DNA from: Tubiluchus corallicola
Taxonomy: Eukaryota > Animalia > Priapulida
Reading direction: 5' to 3'
NCBI GenBank assembly: GCA_030141605.1
Contig: JAQGDQ010000861.1
Span: 22,988-86,987, forward strand
DNA length: 64,000 bases
The notes beneath the pieces were generated by a model, which ran no database searches, had not been told where the DNA came from, and saw only the letters and a program-made list of their open reading frames with translations. The translations under genes were made by a program, and so were the position numbers. Positions 1-14,268 of the stretch are shown in pieces (positions within the stretch are counted from its first letter, which is position 1; every line of letters begins with the position of its first letter).

Positions 1-1
1 C

Positions 2-319
2 GACATTTATTGGGATACTAGCAGTGCTGCACTAATGACACGTGACTTTTGGCTGAGGCAGCGAGATGGTCTGTGGGAACTTAAGGTTCCCACAGACACA
101 CAGCATGGCCTGACCACTCAATATCAAGAATTAACAGCAGAGTGTGACATTGTCGCTAAATTAAACTCGCTTTTAGGCGAGCGTAACTCTTGCATTAGTG
201 TTAAAGATCTAACGACTTCACAATTAAAGCAGATCGCTTCGTTTACAACATTCAGAGATTCTTATCTCGTGGAAGGTCATATCAATGTTGATATTGATGA
301 AACTGATTTTGGATACAAG
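2..319 (+). CDS. THTPA: Thiamine triphosphatase (CYTH domain), internal exon, 5'-partial
   Basis: Frame from base 2 reads DIYWDT..LMTRDFWLRQRDGLWELKVP...Y.EL...F.T.R..Y.....VDIDETDFGYK, matching THTPA motifs (D.Y.DT, DHWLR.R...WELK, D..DFGY). GT donor at 320. Confidence 0.88.
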
Positions 320-374
320 GTTTGTTTAATGGACAACATAGTCGCTACGATTATGTGTTACTGTTGTTTGAGTA

Positions 375-925
375 CAGTAAGTCCTCGCTTAACAACTCCC
401 CACTTAGCGACGTTTCATTTCTAATGTCACTGAAGATCTGACAGATTTTCTCACTTAACAATGTATGGTTCGCTTTAACGACATTTTTTCAAAAGCCATT
501 TTTTTCTTTTACTCAGTGAAAAACATTAAAACAGCATGTATTGCATTATTCTTGTTGCTGTACATAACAAGCAGACCAAGCATGAAATTGTCCTAACATC
601 GTCCCAGCGCAAGGCTTTCACTTTACAGTGCTTAACGGCTAACTACGTAGACTTCAATGTTAAATAAAGAGAAACCGTTAGCTAGGTGTTGGTAATAAAA
701 ATGGGTAGTTTCAAACAAAGGGACTGGTCAGTAAAAATATGAATAAAACTCATAAAACATTTACTTTATATAGTTGATTAAGCAGCATTGATGTTTGCTT
801 CTGGAACATGTCTCAATTCTTTGACAGTGCTAAGTGTGGAACTCTTCGTTTCGTTTAATGACGTTGCGCTTAACGTCGCATTTTGCTGGAACGTCGCACT
901 AGTGTCGTTAAACGAGGACTTACTG
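375..925. mobile_element. pogo/Tigger-like (Tc1/mariner) MITE
   Basis: TIRs CAGTAAGTCCTCGCTTAAC / GTTAAACGAGGACTTACTG, with TA on both sides. Confidence 0.85.
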
Positions 926-1206
926 TACTGCATGTATTTCATAATATTTATTTTAACTATGTATTGGGCAGTACAGAGATTAACTAGAAATAAAAAAGCT
1001 AATTATTATTGACGAGCAACCAAATTTTGTTTTAGAATCGTCAAGTTATTCTTCGCTTAGATAAGCCCTGCAGATCACATGGTACTTACAAAGCTGGAGC
1101 CAGCAACACCAAACTGATGAAAATTTAGCTGTTTCTTCTTATGTTTGTTTTTAGTTTATTGGCACCTAAGAGTGTGGTCCGGTCATTTTTAAATTTATGA
1201 TTATCA

Positions 1207-2050
1207 GTATGACTTAGTTATGATTTTTGTTTACAAGCATGATTACTAGTATGACGTAATTATGATTTTTGTTTACAAGCATGATTACTAGTATGTCTTA
1301 GTTATGATTTTTGTTTACAAGCATGATTACTAGTATGACTTTGTTATGATTTTTGTTTACAAGCATGATTACTAGTATGACTTAGTTATGATTTTTGTTT
1401 ACAAGCATGATTACTAGTATGACTTAGTTATGATTTTCGTTTACAAGCGTGATTACTAGTATGACTTTGTTATGATTTTTGTTTACAAACATGATTACTA
1501 GTATGACTTTGTTATGATTTTTGTTTACAAGCGTGATTACTAGTATGACTTAGTTATGATTTTTGTTTACAAGCATGATTACTAGTATGACTTAGCTATG
1601 TTTTTGTTTACAAGCATGATTACTAGTATGACTTAGCTATGTTTTTGTTTACAAGCATGATTACTAGTATGACTTAGCTATGTTTTTGTTTACAAGCATG
1701 ATTACTAGTATGACTTAGCTATGTTTTTGTTTACAAGCATGATTACTAGTATGACTTAGCTATGTTTTTGTTTACAAGCATGATTACTAGTATGACTTAG
1801 CTATGTTTTTGTTTACAAGCATGATTACTAGTATGACTTAGTTATGAATTTTGTTTACAAGCATGATTACTAGTATGACTTTATGATTTTCGTTTACAAG
1901 CATGATTACTAGTATGACTTTGTTATGATTTTTGTTTACAAGCATGATTACTAGTATGACTTTGTTATGATTTTTGTTTACAAACATGATTACTAGTATG
2001 ACTTTGTTATGATTTTTGTTTACAAGCGTGATTACTAGTATGATTTTTAT
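1207..2050. repeat. Minisatellite, 40-42-bp unit, ~20 copies
   Basis: Tandem AGTATGACTTAGTTATGATTTTTGTTTACAAGCATGATTACT; a 40-bp variant forms a block at ~1590-1830. Confidence 0.95.
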
Positions 2051-2460
2051 GATAGTTGATATTAGGTGGCAATATTCTATTGGGTCAATGAAAAAGAATA
2101 AAAGCTCAGATATTTTAATGGATAGCAAAACTGATGCAAAATTTAGTCGTGTTGGTTTTCTGTTTGCACAATAAACAGTTTAAAATGAGAAACTGGCTGC
2201 AAACCGTTACGCTTCAGTCATGGACTTGCTCATATTTTCAGTTTATAAAAGTTTGAAACTGAATTGTCCAAAATTCTGACGAAAAGCAACAAGTAGGGCT
2301 ATAGAAAACATTCAAGATCGGCACTTTTAGACCTGACTGTTGGTGTAGCCATGAATTGATATTTTTGTGGTCCATTTTGTGAAAAGCAATCTCATGTTTT
2401 CCGTTGTTCCAGCACGTTCATTTTACAGCAGAAATAATCTTTTTCTGTTTGCTTTTTCAG

Positions 2461-2545
2461 ATTGGTGAAGTAGAAATTTTAGTATCTGACCAGAATGAGG
2501 TTCCAACTGCACTGAGTCTAATAGATGAGTTAATAGTAAAACTTG
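2461..2545 (+). CDS. THTPA: Thiamine triphosphatase, next exon (IGEVEILVSDQNEVPTALSLIDELIVKL)
   Basis: Polypyrimidine tract plus CAG acceptor at 2460; phase 0 continues FGYK|IGEVE (THTPA 'FGY.VGEVE'); GT donor at 2546. Terminal exon not identified. Confidence 0.85.
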
Positions 2546-3525
2546 GTAAATGTTATTATATTGCTCAATGTTTTGTCTTTGTTTTAACAAAAATGTCTCT
2601 GCTCTACAAAGCGTCATATTTTTATTGATCTTCATAATCAGCTAAGTCTCAGACTTGTGTCACCTACGTACTGCCTTATTGCATACAGAGCTTCTGTTAG
2701 CTGTAGTTTAAAACTTGAAAATTTTAACTCCCAGATGACTGTTAGGTGCAGCCATTATAACGGTACGTCGTTTGACACAAGTTTAGGTAACATAGCATAA
2801 AGTTTGAAAAAATAATTAGAGCATTCATAGCACACATTTCACTAACTAACTTAAATTACTTTATTTTCTCAGTAAGGTCACTAACATGTGTTTTTGGTAC
2901 TAGGTGGTGTGAACATTTTAAATTATTAAGAATTTATACATAAGTTTGATAAAAAACTAAACAAAAATATATTTTTTACTCTCCAATAGCTTAAACTGTT
3001 GCAGTTCAACTTAAATTACTCTAATTCATTAATTTGTTAAGTTAATATAAATTTGTATTGGTCCATTCATTTAAAAACAAAATCCATTCTTATTGTTTTG
3101 CTTTGTGCGAAAAGATTAATAAATTTCTCCTTGATCGACACTGTGTTACCGACAGTGCTTTCTCTACTTAGCGTGCAGCATGTTATCTCAGGCATATGCG
3201 CATAACATCCAAACACCACGTTGCCGGAGCTGTGACGCACACGGTTCCGTCACGCGCTCTGATTATATAGAAGGATTTTCAAGTATGTACAAGTATAAAG
3301 AAAGATGTAAAGAAAAAAGACACTTTATGTTGAATATGAACGGTAATATCGAGTGAAAATAGGGGGCGCTGCAGCTCCACAGTGCATATACGCTAGCTAC
3401 CGCTGATTCAGGTCATAATAAGTTGAAGGTTGAAAGGATGAAGCTTCTGCATATGTAAAATAAGCAGGCTTCTAGAGATTTTGTGCATAATGTCAAGTGC
3501 CAAGTGTGCAATCGTCAAAAAAATA

Positions 3526-4096
3526 CAGTAAACTATGTTTAATTCGAACTGGTATTCTTGTGTATCTCGAGCAAATATTCTGGAACGGATTTTCCCTTTG
3601 ACACACATCATGTAACTCGAATTATCTCGTAACTCGAACTGAATTCCTAGTACAATTCTTAAGAATCTGAGTGAAATTACCTTGCTTATTTCGAACAACC
3701 TCCCGAGTGAAAGCATGCACCACATTACAATTTTAACTGCTAATTTCAGCAAAAATAGTGAGATTTCTTGTATTACCTTAGCAGAACGGTGCACTCAGTA
3801 TGGCTTAACGAACGTGGTTTATTATAATTATTGCAGATTTCCATTAACCATGCTACTCAGAATACAATAGAGTTGGAGCAGTTATTTTATTTTTGATTAT
3901 TCTTGAAAATTGTTGTTTGATGTTTGATTAAAGGCTCAGTTTGTCATTTTCACCAGCTGTAGTATTACTAGTGTATTGTCCAACATTGATGAATGACTCA
4001 ATCTTGTTTTTTTACAAATATCGCCCAACTCGAACTTTCGCATAAGTCGAACAAACTTTCCGGTTCCGACGTGTTTGAGTTGTACATAGTTTACTA
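3526..4096. mobile_element. pogo/Tigger-like MITE (diverged)
   Basis: TA|CAGTAAACTATGTTTAATTCGAAC ... GTTTGAGTTGTACATAGTTTACTA|TA imperfect TIRs. Confidence 0.7.
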
Positions 4097-4411
4097 TAGT
4101 GCTAGTTGTATTTTGTAGGAATTGGTCAGAAGAGAACAGAAGGAAAGGTTTTGCATTATCTATCATCACGCAATCCTTCTTTATATCAGAGAATAAGTGC
4201 TCAGACAGCAGGGGTGAATGAAGATAAATGATCACAGCTTCCATGATTAGTAAGTTGATGACACTTTTAGAGTTCTAACATTGTGAAAAGTGATTGTGTT
4301 TGTGTCTGTAGTGATAATAAAATACTGATAACTAATGATCTATTTCCTATTACACTGCCGTTTTCGTTTAGGAAACAAACAATGGTCTATATGGCCTACA
4401 TACTTCAAGTA

Positions 4412-4866
4412 CCGTATTTTCCCGTGTATAAGAGACCCTTTTTTGCTCAGAATTTTCACTTTAAAAATCGGGGGTCTCTTATACATGGGAGTAAGTCTTT
4501 TCAATAAGATGCATAAATTGTGACACTAATGATTTTAAAGAAATAAGTGCTCTACAACTGTTTTGCGTGTCGCGTTCGACTATGAAGCGGTTGTAAGCAA
4601 TACAAGCATCGTGACACAGGCATTATCTCCTCGTTTTCTCTTTTCCTGTTACAGGTTTGCAGGTACGCACTTTAATATATACCAGTACTCTTTTTCTACA
4701 ACACATTAACTGGTTTTATTTTGTTTTCAGTACCGCACTGAGTTGAAAAAAGTTGTACTTTACCCTCTAAAAATGTCCGTCTGAAAAAACTTTTTTCCAG
4801 AATTTTTGCCTAAAAATTGAAGGGGTCTCTTATACACAAGGGTCTCTTATACACGGGAAAATACGG
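4412..4866. mobile_element. pogo-like MITE
   Basis: Perfect 27-bp TIR CCGTATTTTCCCGTGTATAAGAGACCC, internal repeats of GGGTCTCTTATACA, TA flanks. Confidence 0.9.
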
Positions 4867-5107
4867 TAATTAAGAATGTCATATAACATAATACTCTATA
4901 TAATAGCTACCAACTCAGTTACTGTAGAACCAATATTGTCAAACCTATCATTAGTGGACCTAAACTGTGTAACTCATTACCCCTTGATGTAAGGTACCAG
5001 TATAACATTTACCACTTCAAATCATCAGTAATGTTTGCAGCTTGTATAAATTAGTCTTCATAACCTCTTATTGTTCCTGCGTAACACACATGGCATGACC
5101 TTGTGTT

Positions 5108-6006
5108 CAGGGGCGCCGTGCACCAAAAAAATTGGTGGGGGGGGGGGGGGGGCGACTGTATATAATGGCGGAACTTAAGTGTTTAAAAAACGTATAATTT
5201 TGGAAAAAAATAAACAGTATTTTGCGTGCAAGAAAAACGATTTATTTATTCCCAACTGGCATTTAACTTAAAGCTATAGCAACGGAAACTTAATTAAAAT
5301 TTAATTAAGCATTTATTAGCTGTCAGGAATCCGACGCAGAACTATCGACGCAGAACATCACTCCAGAAGAGCTCAACCACAGACTTCAACCACAGGGCTC
5401 AAAATCAAGCCCTTTTATGCTGCAAACTCGTGGGAAAGAGTTGCTAAGGAGTAGCAAAGAGTCGGTAATGTCTAATCAGGAGGTGGCTCATCAATTTGTA
5501 TCTCCCAAACCGACTCTCTGGTACTAGGCTAGCTGGACAAACTGACTCTCTGGTACTAGGCTAGCTGGACAAACTGACTCTCTGGTACTAGGCAAGCTCA
5601 ACATGACTTCAATGTTTGCATTGTTTTTGCTCTGTTATTTCACTTATTCTCTATTATAACACACTGCTGAAAGAAGCTCGAATGCTAACTGAGCCGTTTT
5701 GTTAACTAACAGTCTTTTGTGCAAAGACGCTAATGCTACTCAACGAGCTGCTTTGTTAACTGTTCCTGCCTGCCTCCTGAATAGATTACATGCAAACAAA
5801 TTAACTACATCCTGACTTTCAGGTAAACACGTACTCATGCTCATACTGTTCCCATTTATGGAGCGCTGGCCCGCTATTGCGTGTCAAAACGTCGGAAATA
5901 AATTTGCTTACCGGCCTCATTACGAGCCGCTGACGCCCTTCAAATTTTTGACATTTTCTAAAAAAATTGGGGGGGGGGGTCGGGCTCCTATGGCACGACG
6001 CCACTG
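5108..6006. mobile_element. Non-autonomous hAT-like element
   Basis: TIRs CAGGGGCGCCGTGC / GCACGACGCCACTG; perfect 8-bp TSD CTTGTGTT (5100-5107, 6007-6014); internal 32-bp tandem repeat at ~5513-5600. Confidence 0.88.
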
Positions 6007-6837
6007 CTTGTGTTCTTTTCCGAGTAGAACCCAGAGTACTTTCTGATCTCACTGAGCTGAATGATCTTCACAAGCCACTCTTCCTATCCTTTTGAAAATT
6101 CCTTTATCCGTTATTTTTGTCCTTGTTTTGTCCAACTGCCCAAAACGCTCATTTTTATCTTTCTCTTTTTCAATTCTTTGGACATATCTATAGTAGTGCA
6201 AGCGCCTAACTAGTTTTTACTTCTGATTCTTGTTGTCAATGATGTCATAACCTAATCATTATTATCTGTACATTTTTTCATTGCTTCCATAGATTGTATA
6301 AGTGTATTTCCAAATAAATAAAAATTAAGAAAAAAATTAGATTTTTTACAAAGTGTTGTTACCTGACTGGGAATCTTAGCTTTACAATGACTAATGATCC
6401 AAGCAGTAACCTTTTCCTTGTGTAATATAATGCATATAGTTTGTTATAAGTATGTAGTATTATTGTCCAAGTCAGTAGATTTGTTCTTAATCAATAAGCC
6501 TAGAAATAATGAAGTTGAACTCAAATCAAAATGTATTTAACTCCTGTTGTTGATTAATTGCATTATTAACCCAAAGTTTTTTATCATTTCATAACAAATT
6601 TGACCTGTATTTCACATAAAATCTAAATGCTATTTTTAGTTTAATCAAGATCGACCTTATTTTGTTGCCCGCTAATTAAACTACATGTATATTCTTTTCT
6701 CTGGATTATATAGCGAATGTCATAATTTTAAAATTATTAAAGTTTCCTAAATTAAACTGATAACATTAATTCCCACCAGTGTCTAAAAAAATCTTTTTAT
6801 CTATATTCGGTAAAGGATAGCAGACTAGGTGACTTTA

Positions 6838-7121
6838 TAGTCTTTTTGCTATCCTTTCTCTAGTTCTAGATCTATCTATACATTTTAACCATTTTTCAAA
6901 ACTTATTAGAGATTCTTTTATTAATCATATTTTATTGTAACACTATAAAGAGATAAATAAATTGAATTGAGTTGAATTGAATAGTCTTTTCGCTATCCTT
7001 TCTCTAGTTCTAGACCTATCTATACATTTTAACCATTCTTCAAAACTTATTAGCGATTCTTTTATTAGTCATGTTTATTGTAGTATTATAAAGAGATAAA
7101 TAAATTAAAATTGAATTGAAT
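6838..7121 (+). repeat. Tandem duplication (~145 bp) of a CR1/L2-like LINE 3' tail
   Basis: Two copies of TAGTCTTTT.GCTATCCTTTCTCTAG...AGAGATAAATAAATT followed by (TTGAA)n; related sequence at ~45497-45612. Confidence 0.6.
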
Positions 7122-10100
7122 AAGAATGCCAGAGTTGTTAGACACGTGATCGTGCATTGACACATTCATGCTAAGGTTGGTGAACATTCTAATTCTCAGT
7201 ATTTCTCTGTAGGGCAGAAATTGTGCGTGTTTTTGCTTCAGACGTGCCGCCATCTATGCCATCCGCATGAAGTTGTGGAGCGGAATTTGTACCAGGTGGA
7301 TGGCTGCTAACCTTGCCTCACCAAGATACCCTGTAAAGCTCCACTGTTATGCCCTGTGATTAGACAGACAGCTCTGAAGCCCGAAAGCGAAAGTCAGACA
7401 ACATCAGCAAAGTCGCTGCCAATTGTCCAAAGAAATAAAATTTTTATATGTGTGCTTGCAAATCAAAACCGCCCATAAGGCTGCATAGTTAAAACATTAA
7501 AATATTTCAAAGTAAAATGCAAAAAAAATTTGGTGAAATTTTTCGTTTTTACGTAAGTTTTTCGTAAGTTTTTTTTGATTTTCATAAAAACAAATGCTAA
7601 ATGTATTGAACTTTTATATTCTAGCATCAAATTGTCAAGAAAATGTTCAATAAATACTAAAAATTTCATTTTATTGCTCCTTACTCACTTCTCTGGTAAG
7701 ACTAGTATTGCAATTGTAAAGAAATTGTGTTTTCAAACTCCGATAGTAGCTTATGGACCAGTCGTTTTGCTTCGGGTTTTTTCTGTTGCCAAACCCAGAC
7801 CTTCGTCTGGAAGAGCCATCTATTCAATTTAAACAACATGTTCTTACAAAGTCCATAGCAACCAACATTTGTACGGTTGCTAAGTGTTTTGTACAGACAC
7901 GACAAAAAACAATGGCTAACTTTAACAGTGATTTTCTCAAGATTATGTTTTTCACTGCATAGCCTGCACCTCAACTTCAATGTGGATTATCTCAGCTTAG
8001 AAATAACATAGACAATTGAGCGTGGTATCAAAATGATGTTCATGAAATAGAGATTCAGGATTTGTGAATAACATGCACTTTGCATGTTTCCTCAAGCCTG
8101 GCTTCCTCTGTTCGGGAAGCCAGTTAAGACTTTCACGCGTTTTCAAGACAGCTGGTAGGGTTTCCTGATGTCCGGAAGTTTTCTTTCAAATAATATGAGC
8201 AACTTTCCTAGTTGATGTGAACATTTTTGCATTGCAAACATCTCGCAGAAAAAAATGCCGCAGGAAACATGACACGGATAAAAATCTCACAGGACAAAAT
8301 GGCACAAATGGAAAATTAGTATATAAAAATTTGAATATTCACTCATTAATAATTATTAGTTTGAACCATTTTTCTTTCTGACATAATCACTTGTCGAAAT
8401 AATTCACTGCATAATCTGTGTATTCACTTTAGTGACTCTTGAACGTCAATTGTATTTGCATTCTAATCATGCTTGATGTATTAGCAGTGTATGTAAGTCA
8501 CACATGAGCTGGGTAATTTTTTACGTTTTAAGATGAGCGACTTTGACTTCAGATGATTTTTGATATCCAGCATATTTTCCCAGTGAGCCTTTTCACACTT
8601 TCGCTGTGCGCATACGCAGTTGCTACCGGTCAAAGGTTAAGTGGTACTGCAGCGACAAGTCTTACCTATAACCGTCTCGTTGTGACGTGTGTAAAGCAAA
8701 GCTGCATCAGTTCAGTAACTTTGGTTGTTTTACGTTGTTTTGGTGGAGTTTACTTAATTATGCATTAGTCAGTGCGTAGAGTGATTTGCTAGCAGGGCTT
8801 GCTTGGGAAAAAATGAACTAGTTAAGGTTGTGCTAGCTGTTAAAACATTCATTCATTCATTCATCATTCTTTTCATCATTCTTGATCATTGTTTAATCAT
8901 TCTTTTCAGTTACTTCTTTGTAGGACAATCGTTTCCTGGCACCCCTTGTTGTAATTATTGGTCTTCCACGTTATGCTATTGTTTACTTAAGACTTTGTGA
9001 AAGTTATTTATGAAGTTGAAATTGAACACTTGTAGAAACAACTAAACACAAGATTACATGTTTGCACAAAACTAAAACACTTTCATTGCACTACATAGTT
9101 ATATGTAACATGACTGCTACACTGAGGAACAGAGTGTCCTGCAGTGTACACGAATGAGTAGACAGTGGCTAGAAGTGGAATCTAGCCAGTTTATATATGT
9201 AAAGAACTATGCAAAAACTTGGCTTCACATATCCCATTACAGTAAAATAGGGGAGATCCAGTGAGTTTGAATATTCACTGGACCGAACAATTGTAGGAAG
9301 GGGTGAATTGAACTAGTAAAATGTTAAAGTGACTAATCAATAGATGGCAGCACCTAAAATATACAGTTACAACTTTCACAGACTTTACTGTGAAATTTCC
9401 ATAAAGTTTCCTTGTACAGTTACACGAAATGTGAAAATATTTGAGCTATAAATGTTGGCATGTATTATAGTGTACATACGTTTAAATATAACTGCTTTAA
9501 TGGCTTGTAAATTATGGATTTGTACGAGCTTATCATAAACGTTAGTCTATAGCGAAATCATAGTCCAAATGCTGTAAATAAGGCTTTTACTGATACTGTA
9601 CAGATATAAAGCGTGATTATTTGATTTTTTACATCAGACATTACATACTAAATAATATATACAGCACCTTTAACATGTAATGTTAAGAATGTGCTTTGTA
9701 AGATATATTAACAAGACTTGCACTGATAATCAAGCATAGCTTGTCTAAATTAACATTACTTGTTTATATAAACCCTCTAGGTTTCGTAGTAGATGTTAAA
9801 TATTACGGTTAGTCATTAATGCATAGCATTATCATACTGTTTTTAATACTTAGCAGAAAGCACTTCAAGTACAACGCAGGGTTAAGCCAATTGACATCCC
9901 AAACACGCACAGTATGGCATTTCGTGATGAGCACCAACTATGCTTCTGCTTTTAAAAAACTGTTTACTGTCTTATATTTTTTTTAAATTTCATATGTCGA
10001 CAACCTAACATGAATAACCGAGTACGCTAACTAGCTAAATTTACTGCAAAATTATTATTAATATTAGTAGGTAATTTGTGAAAAGCTTCCTGTAGCTAAA

Positions 10101-10932
10101 TAAGATTTCTTTAATACTAATATAATAAATTATATTCTCATACAATTTTTGATGCATATTTTTTTGTGTTGCTGATGCAGTCAGTTATGCGGGGCTCATA
10201 ATTTTAGGTCTATGAGCTCAAAAATGATGCGATGCTGAGCTCCTAACCATGATGTCTTACATTCATGAATTTGTACAAACCTCATAACATCAGCGTGAGG
10301 TCTCTGTAAGCTCATGACGTCAGTTCAGCATGATGTCATTGCATGAAGTCAGTATCATCTAAAAACATGGTTACAAATTTAGCTCAGCATGAGTTCATGA
10401 TTTTGATCTATCTCCTTTTGAGCTCATGCATAAGGTCAGTGTAACATCACTGTGACATCAGATTCTGGACAGGTTGCAAGCCAAGACCTGTATTGTGATA
10501 TACGTACATTTGTACATAACTTCTTTAATGGTTTCACCATTCTTGACCAGTATTGCATTAAAGGTAAGATCTCGATCTGTTACCTTTTCACTGATGCACT
10601 TTTCAAATTGACGTCACGTCAAGAAGCACGGGGTGTCAAAAAATCACCATAGCGGGCACTTTTTGTCTGTTTTTTTTGGTAAAACTATATTTTGGTACAA
10701 CTATAATTTTACAATATTATATAACTTTTATATGGTGCAGTTAGTGTTTTTGCTGTGCAGGACAACAATAGTGAGTTCAGTATCGTGTTAAAAATTTGAA
10801 TGTAAGAGCAAACACTGCAAACCTCATTATCTTTAACTCTGATTATGTAGATAATAAGCCACTCGTCTGCGACTTTTTTGTTTGTGAGTGTTTTTTACAT
10901 GTTTTAGTATTCAGTCTGTAAAAACGCAAATA

Positions 10933-11062
10933 CAGTCTAGCCTCGTTATCTCGCCCCTCGTTATGCCGCCAAACTCGTCTCTCGCCATAGAAAGTACCGG
11001 GACGGATTTCCTGCTTTGATATTTACCTCGTTAAGTCGCCACCCTCGCTTCTCGCCCTCGCC
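10933..11062. mobile_element. Tigger-like MITE, left end only
   Basis: TA|CAGTCTAGCCTCGTTATCTCGCC with repeated CTCGTTA/CTCGCC motifs; no matching right TIR found. Confidence 0.45.
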
Positions 11063-12059
11063 ACGTCATGCTAGGATGAGTGCTATAATATGCTACATGT
11101 ACGTTATAAGATCTTGGGCTCACTCCGTCATCTAGGTGCTGCTGCGTTCTAAAACATGCCACGTCCCATCTGTTGGTGCCACACATTCCTGTCCAGTGCC
11201 GCCGCCATTCCCACGTTGCAACATCCATAAAATCTAAAGTTGCCTATTTTAATCTTAGGTGTGCCATTTTCCCTATTTTTCATGTGCCATTTTTACCTGT
11301 TCCATTTTAGCTACTTTTCCATTTGTGCCATTCACAAGCCATTCACAGTCGGGTTATATTCGGAGTGGTTAGCTTCAAGTGTGATGTATATTAAACTGTG
11401 GTATGTGCATATACATCACACTTGAAGTTAACTCACGCACTCGAACTGCAAGGAGTACTATGCTGTTATTATTATAAAGTTTCATTATTGGCTTGTCACT
11501 GATCAAATTAAGGTCTAAATTCGCGAGCATAAATGCTTACACCTGACTGTACCTGGTCGAGTGCGGTTAACTCATTGATTGTAGATTATTATTATACTTA
11601 AGTGCGACTGACCAGTTAAGTGTGCATAGACAAATTATCACTTGGCTGTACCTAGTTGAATGTGGTTTACTCATGCGTGATTGACACATTTTGGCTCCAC
11701 CCTCGATATCGACTCCTGCCTCAGGCCCTTTCAACAATTCTAATTCGAGTGACGGTGTTTTTATCACTCGACCATGTTTGGCTCAGTGCGGTTTACTAAT
11801 GTGCGATTGGATGCTTAACAAACCTCATTGCCCAACATTAAGCTCTATTGGAATTTGCGCTGATCCAGAATTTCACAAATCCACAAAAATGTACAGAAAT
11901 TGAAGAAACTATAAGTACGTGCCAATAGTTTCAGAGTTATTCAGTGCTTATGTATTTTGTCTCCTGTTTCGGATTGTTAAAGAATCCCACCTTATTAAAA
12001 GAGCAGATTCACATCTACCCGCATTACATAAACACTTATTAAAAACAATATATTTAACT

Positions 12060-12350
12060 CAAAGCCTTAGGAGGAAATCGAAAAAACTGACCGATGCCCA
12101 GTGTTTTTGATCCCTTGGACTATTGCATTTCACTAAAGCTGCTGTCAGCACATCCACTGGTGTGGGGTGATTCTTTGTCCGGTTGTCCTTTGACCTGCAG
12201 CCACCCCAAAGCCTTAGGAGGAACGAAAAACTGACCGATGCCCAGTGTCCTTGATCCCTTGGACTGTTGCATTTCACTAAAGCTGCTGTCAGCACATCCA
12301 CTGGTGTGGGGTGATTCTTTGTCCGGTTGTCCTTTGACCTGCAGCCACCT
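12060..12350. repeat. Tandem duplication, ~148-bp unit x2
   Basis: CAAAGCCTTAGGAGGAA...GACCTGCAGCCACC repeated almost identically. Confidence 0.92.
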
Positions 12351-13665
12351 CAGTTACTTACTCGCGACTCTGGCCCTCTGCATTTGCGAGTTAAAATAAA
12401 TTAAAACTCGATGCCTAATAATAAAATAAAAAAACTCAGCGTAAAACATTTTTTTTGTTTTATTTATTTATTTTTTTTTCTCAGTAGCAGTTAAAATTCG
12501 TCATAAGTATTTTTACATTTCATTGCAGCTGAGAAGGAGCAGCGAAAGACCTATTGGTCACTTGGTCAGCTGCCCCTTATTAAAAATACAAGTTTATTCA
12601 CAGGCTCATGACATTTTTAGGTGTTTGTGTATGTATAAAAGGCAAAAGCAACAAAAATCAACTCAAAGCAAAAATGCAATTCCACTCAGAATAAAAGGAA
12701 GTTATCACAAGTAATGCAAAACGGAATTTAACTCACAGCAAAAAATTATCTCAAACAAAAACACTAGCGCTCGCTTAAAAGCGTTTTCGTCGTAATACTG
12801 TTGTGCCTACATGCTAGTTAACAAACGACCAATCAACCGATCAATTAAGTTTGTTTGAAACAAGGTTTGGCGAATTTGCATTCGTTCTGTGTAACGTAAC
12901 TTGATATATATGTCTTGAATAAATTTGTACTTGAAATATTTCATAAGAACTGACTGATTATTATTATTATTATTATTATTTTGTTAACCAGTTTTGTCCT
13001 ATTGCGTTTAGTATTAAATTTTATTTTGCGTTCTGAATCGCGCCTCAAGAGAAATGCTACTAGATATTTTACAGGAATTCACTATGAATAAAGTTTTCTA
13101 AGGTAGAAATAAGTTACTGCTAAAACAATTTGTAAATTTCTTAAGACAATTTTGTAATTTCACTTTAGTAAATAAGTCGACTAAGCACTGCGCTAATAGA
13201 AAATTGCTAATATCATGGATTTGCTAGCACCGAATTTCATGCACAGTAGGGATAATAAAACTAATATAAATAATATTGTTACAGCTTGTCATTAAAATAA
13301 TTACATTAATTGCGATTTTATAACATAATTGTTAGCATCAATATTGCTTTTTACATCGTGTCAAACTTGGTTACAAAGATACAAATATATATATTTAAAT
13401 TCACCTGCAAAAGAGGCATTGTACACGTGTTGTGTGCACTAATACAGATTTATCGTCCTCATCAACACCATTGTTAACGATAAATTTACCTGAAAGGACC
13501 AATATAATAGTTTAGTTTAGTTAAATTTTTTAATCTTTTATTATATTTTCTAATTTTAATCTAGTAACAATCGTATATTGCATTACATCAACAAAATATT
13601 TTCTTTTCTCTGTTAAAAAGTTAAGTCTTGTTAAAAGAAAATAATAATTGCACTTAAAAGAGCAA

Positions 13666-14268
13666 AAGCAAATAGCATAATTTCATAACATTCATAACAT
13701 AGCAAATAGCATAATTTCATAACATAGCAAATAGCATAATTTCATAACATTCATAACATAGCAAATAGCATAATTTCATAGCATTCATAACGTAGCAAAT
13801 AGCATAATTTCATAACGTAGCAAATAGCATAATTTCATAACATAGCAAATAGCATAATTTCATAACATAGCAAATAGCATAATTTCATAACATTCATAAC
13901 GTAGCAAATAGCATAATTTCATAACATAGCCATTAGCATAATTTCATAACATTCATAACGTAGCAAATAGCATAATTTCATAGCATTCATAACGTAGCAA
14001 ATAGTATAATTTCATAACGTAGCAAATAGCATAATTTCATAACATAGCAAATAGCATAATTTCATAACATTCATAACGTAGCAAATAGCATAATTTCATA
14101 ACATAGCAAATAGCATAATTTCATAACATTCATAACATAGCAAATAGCATAATTTCATAGCATTCATAACGTAGCAAATAGCATAATTTCATAACGTAGC
14201 AAATAGCATAATTTCATAACGTAGCAAATAGCATAATTTCATAGCATTCATAACGTAGAAAATAGCAT
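13666..14268. repeat. Minisatellite (~25/34-bp units) upstream of the TEP gene
   Basis: Tandem AGCAAATAGCATAATTTCATAAC(ATTCATAAC)RT. Confidence 0.95.

Noticed and set aside
1207-2050. Regular ~40-bp repeats as a CRISPR array (also 17790-18512 and 59650-60150)
   Set aside because: Head-to-tail units with no unique spacers, eukaryotic context and no cas genes.
3412-3870. Candidate terminal THTPA exons (after CAG at ~3411 and at 3836)
   Set aside because: Phase-1 translations (GHNKLKVERMKLLHM*, DFH*) lack a convincing THTPA C-terminal motif, and the second lies inside a MITE.
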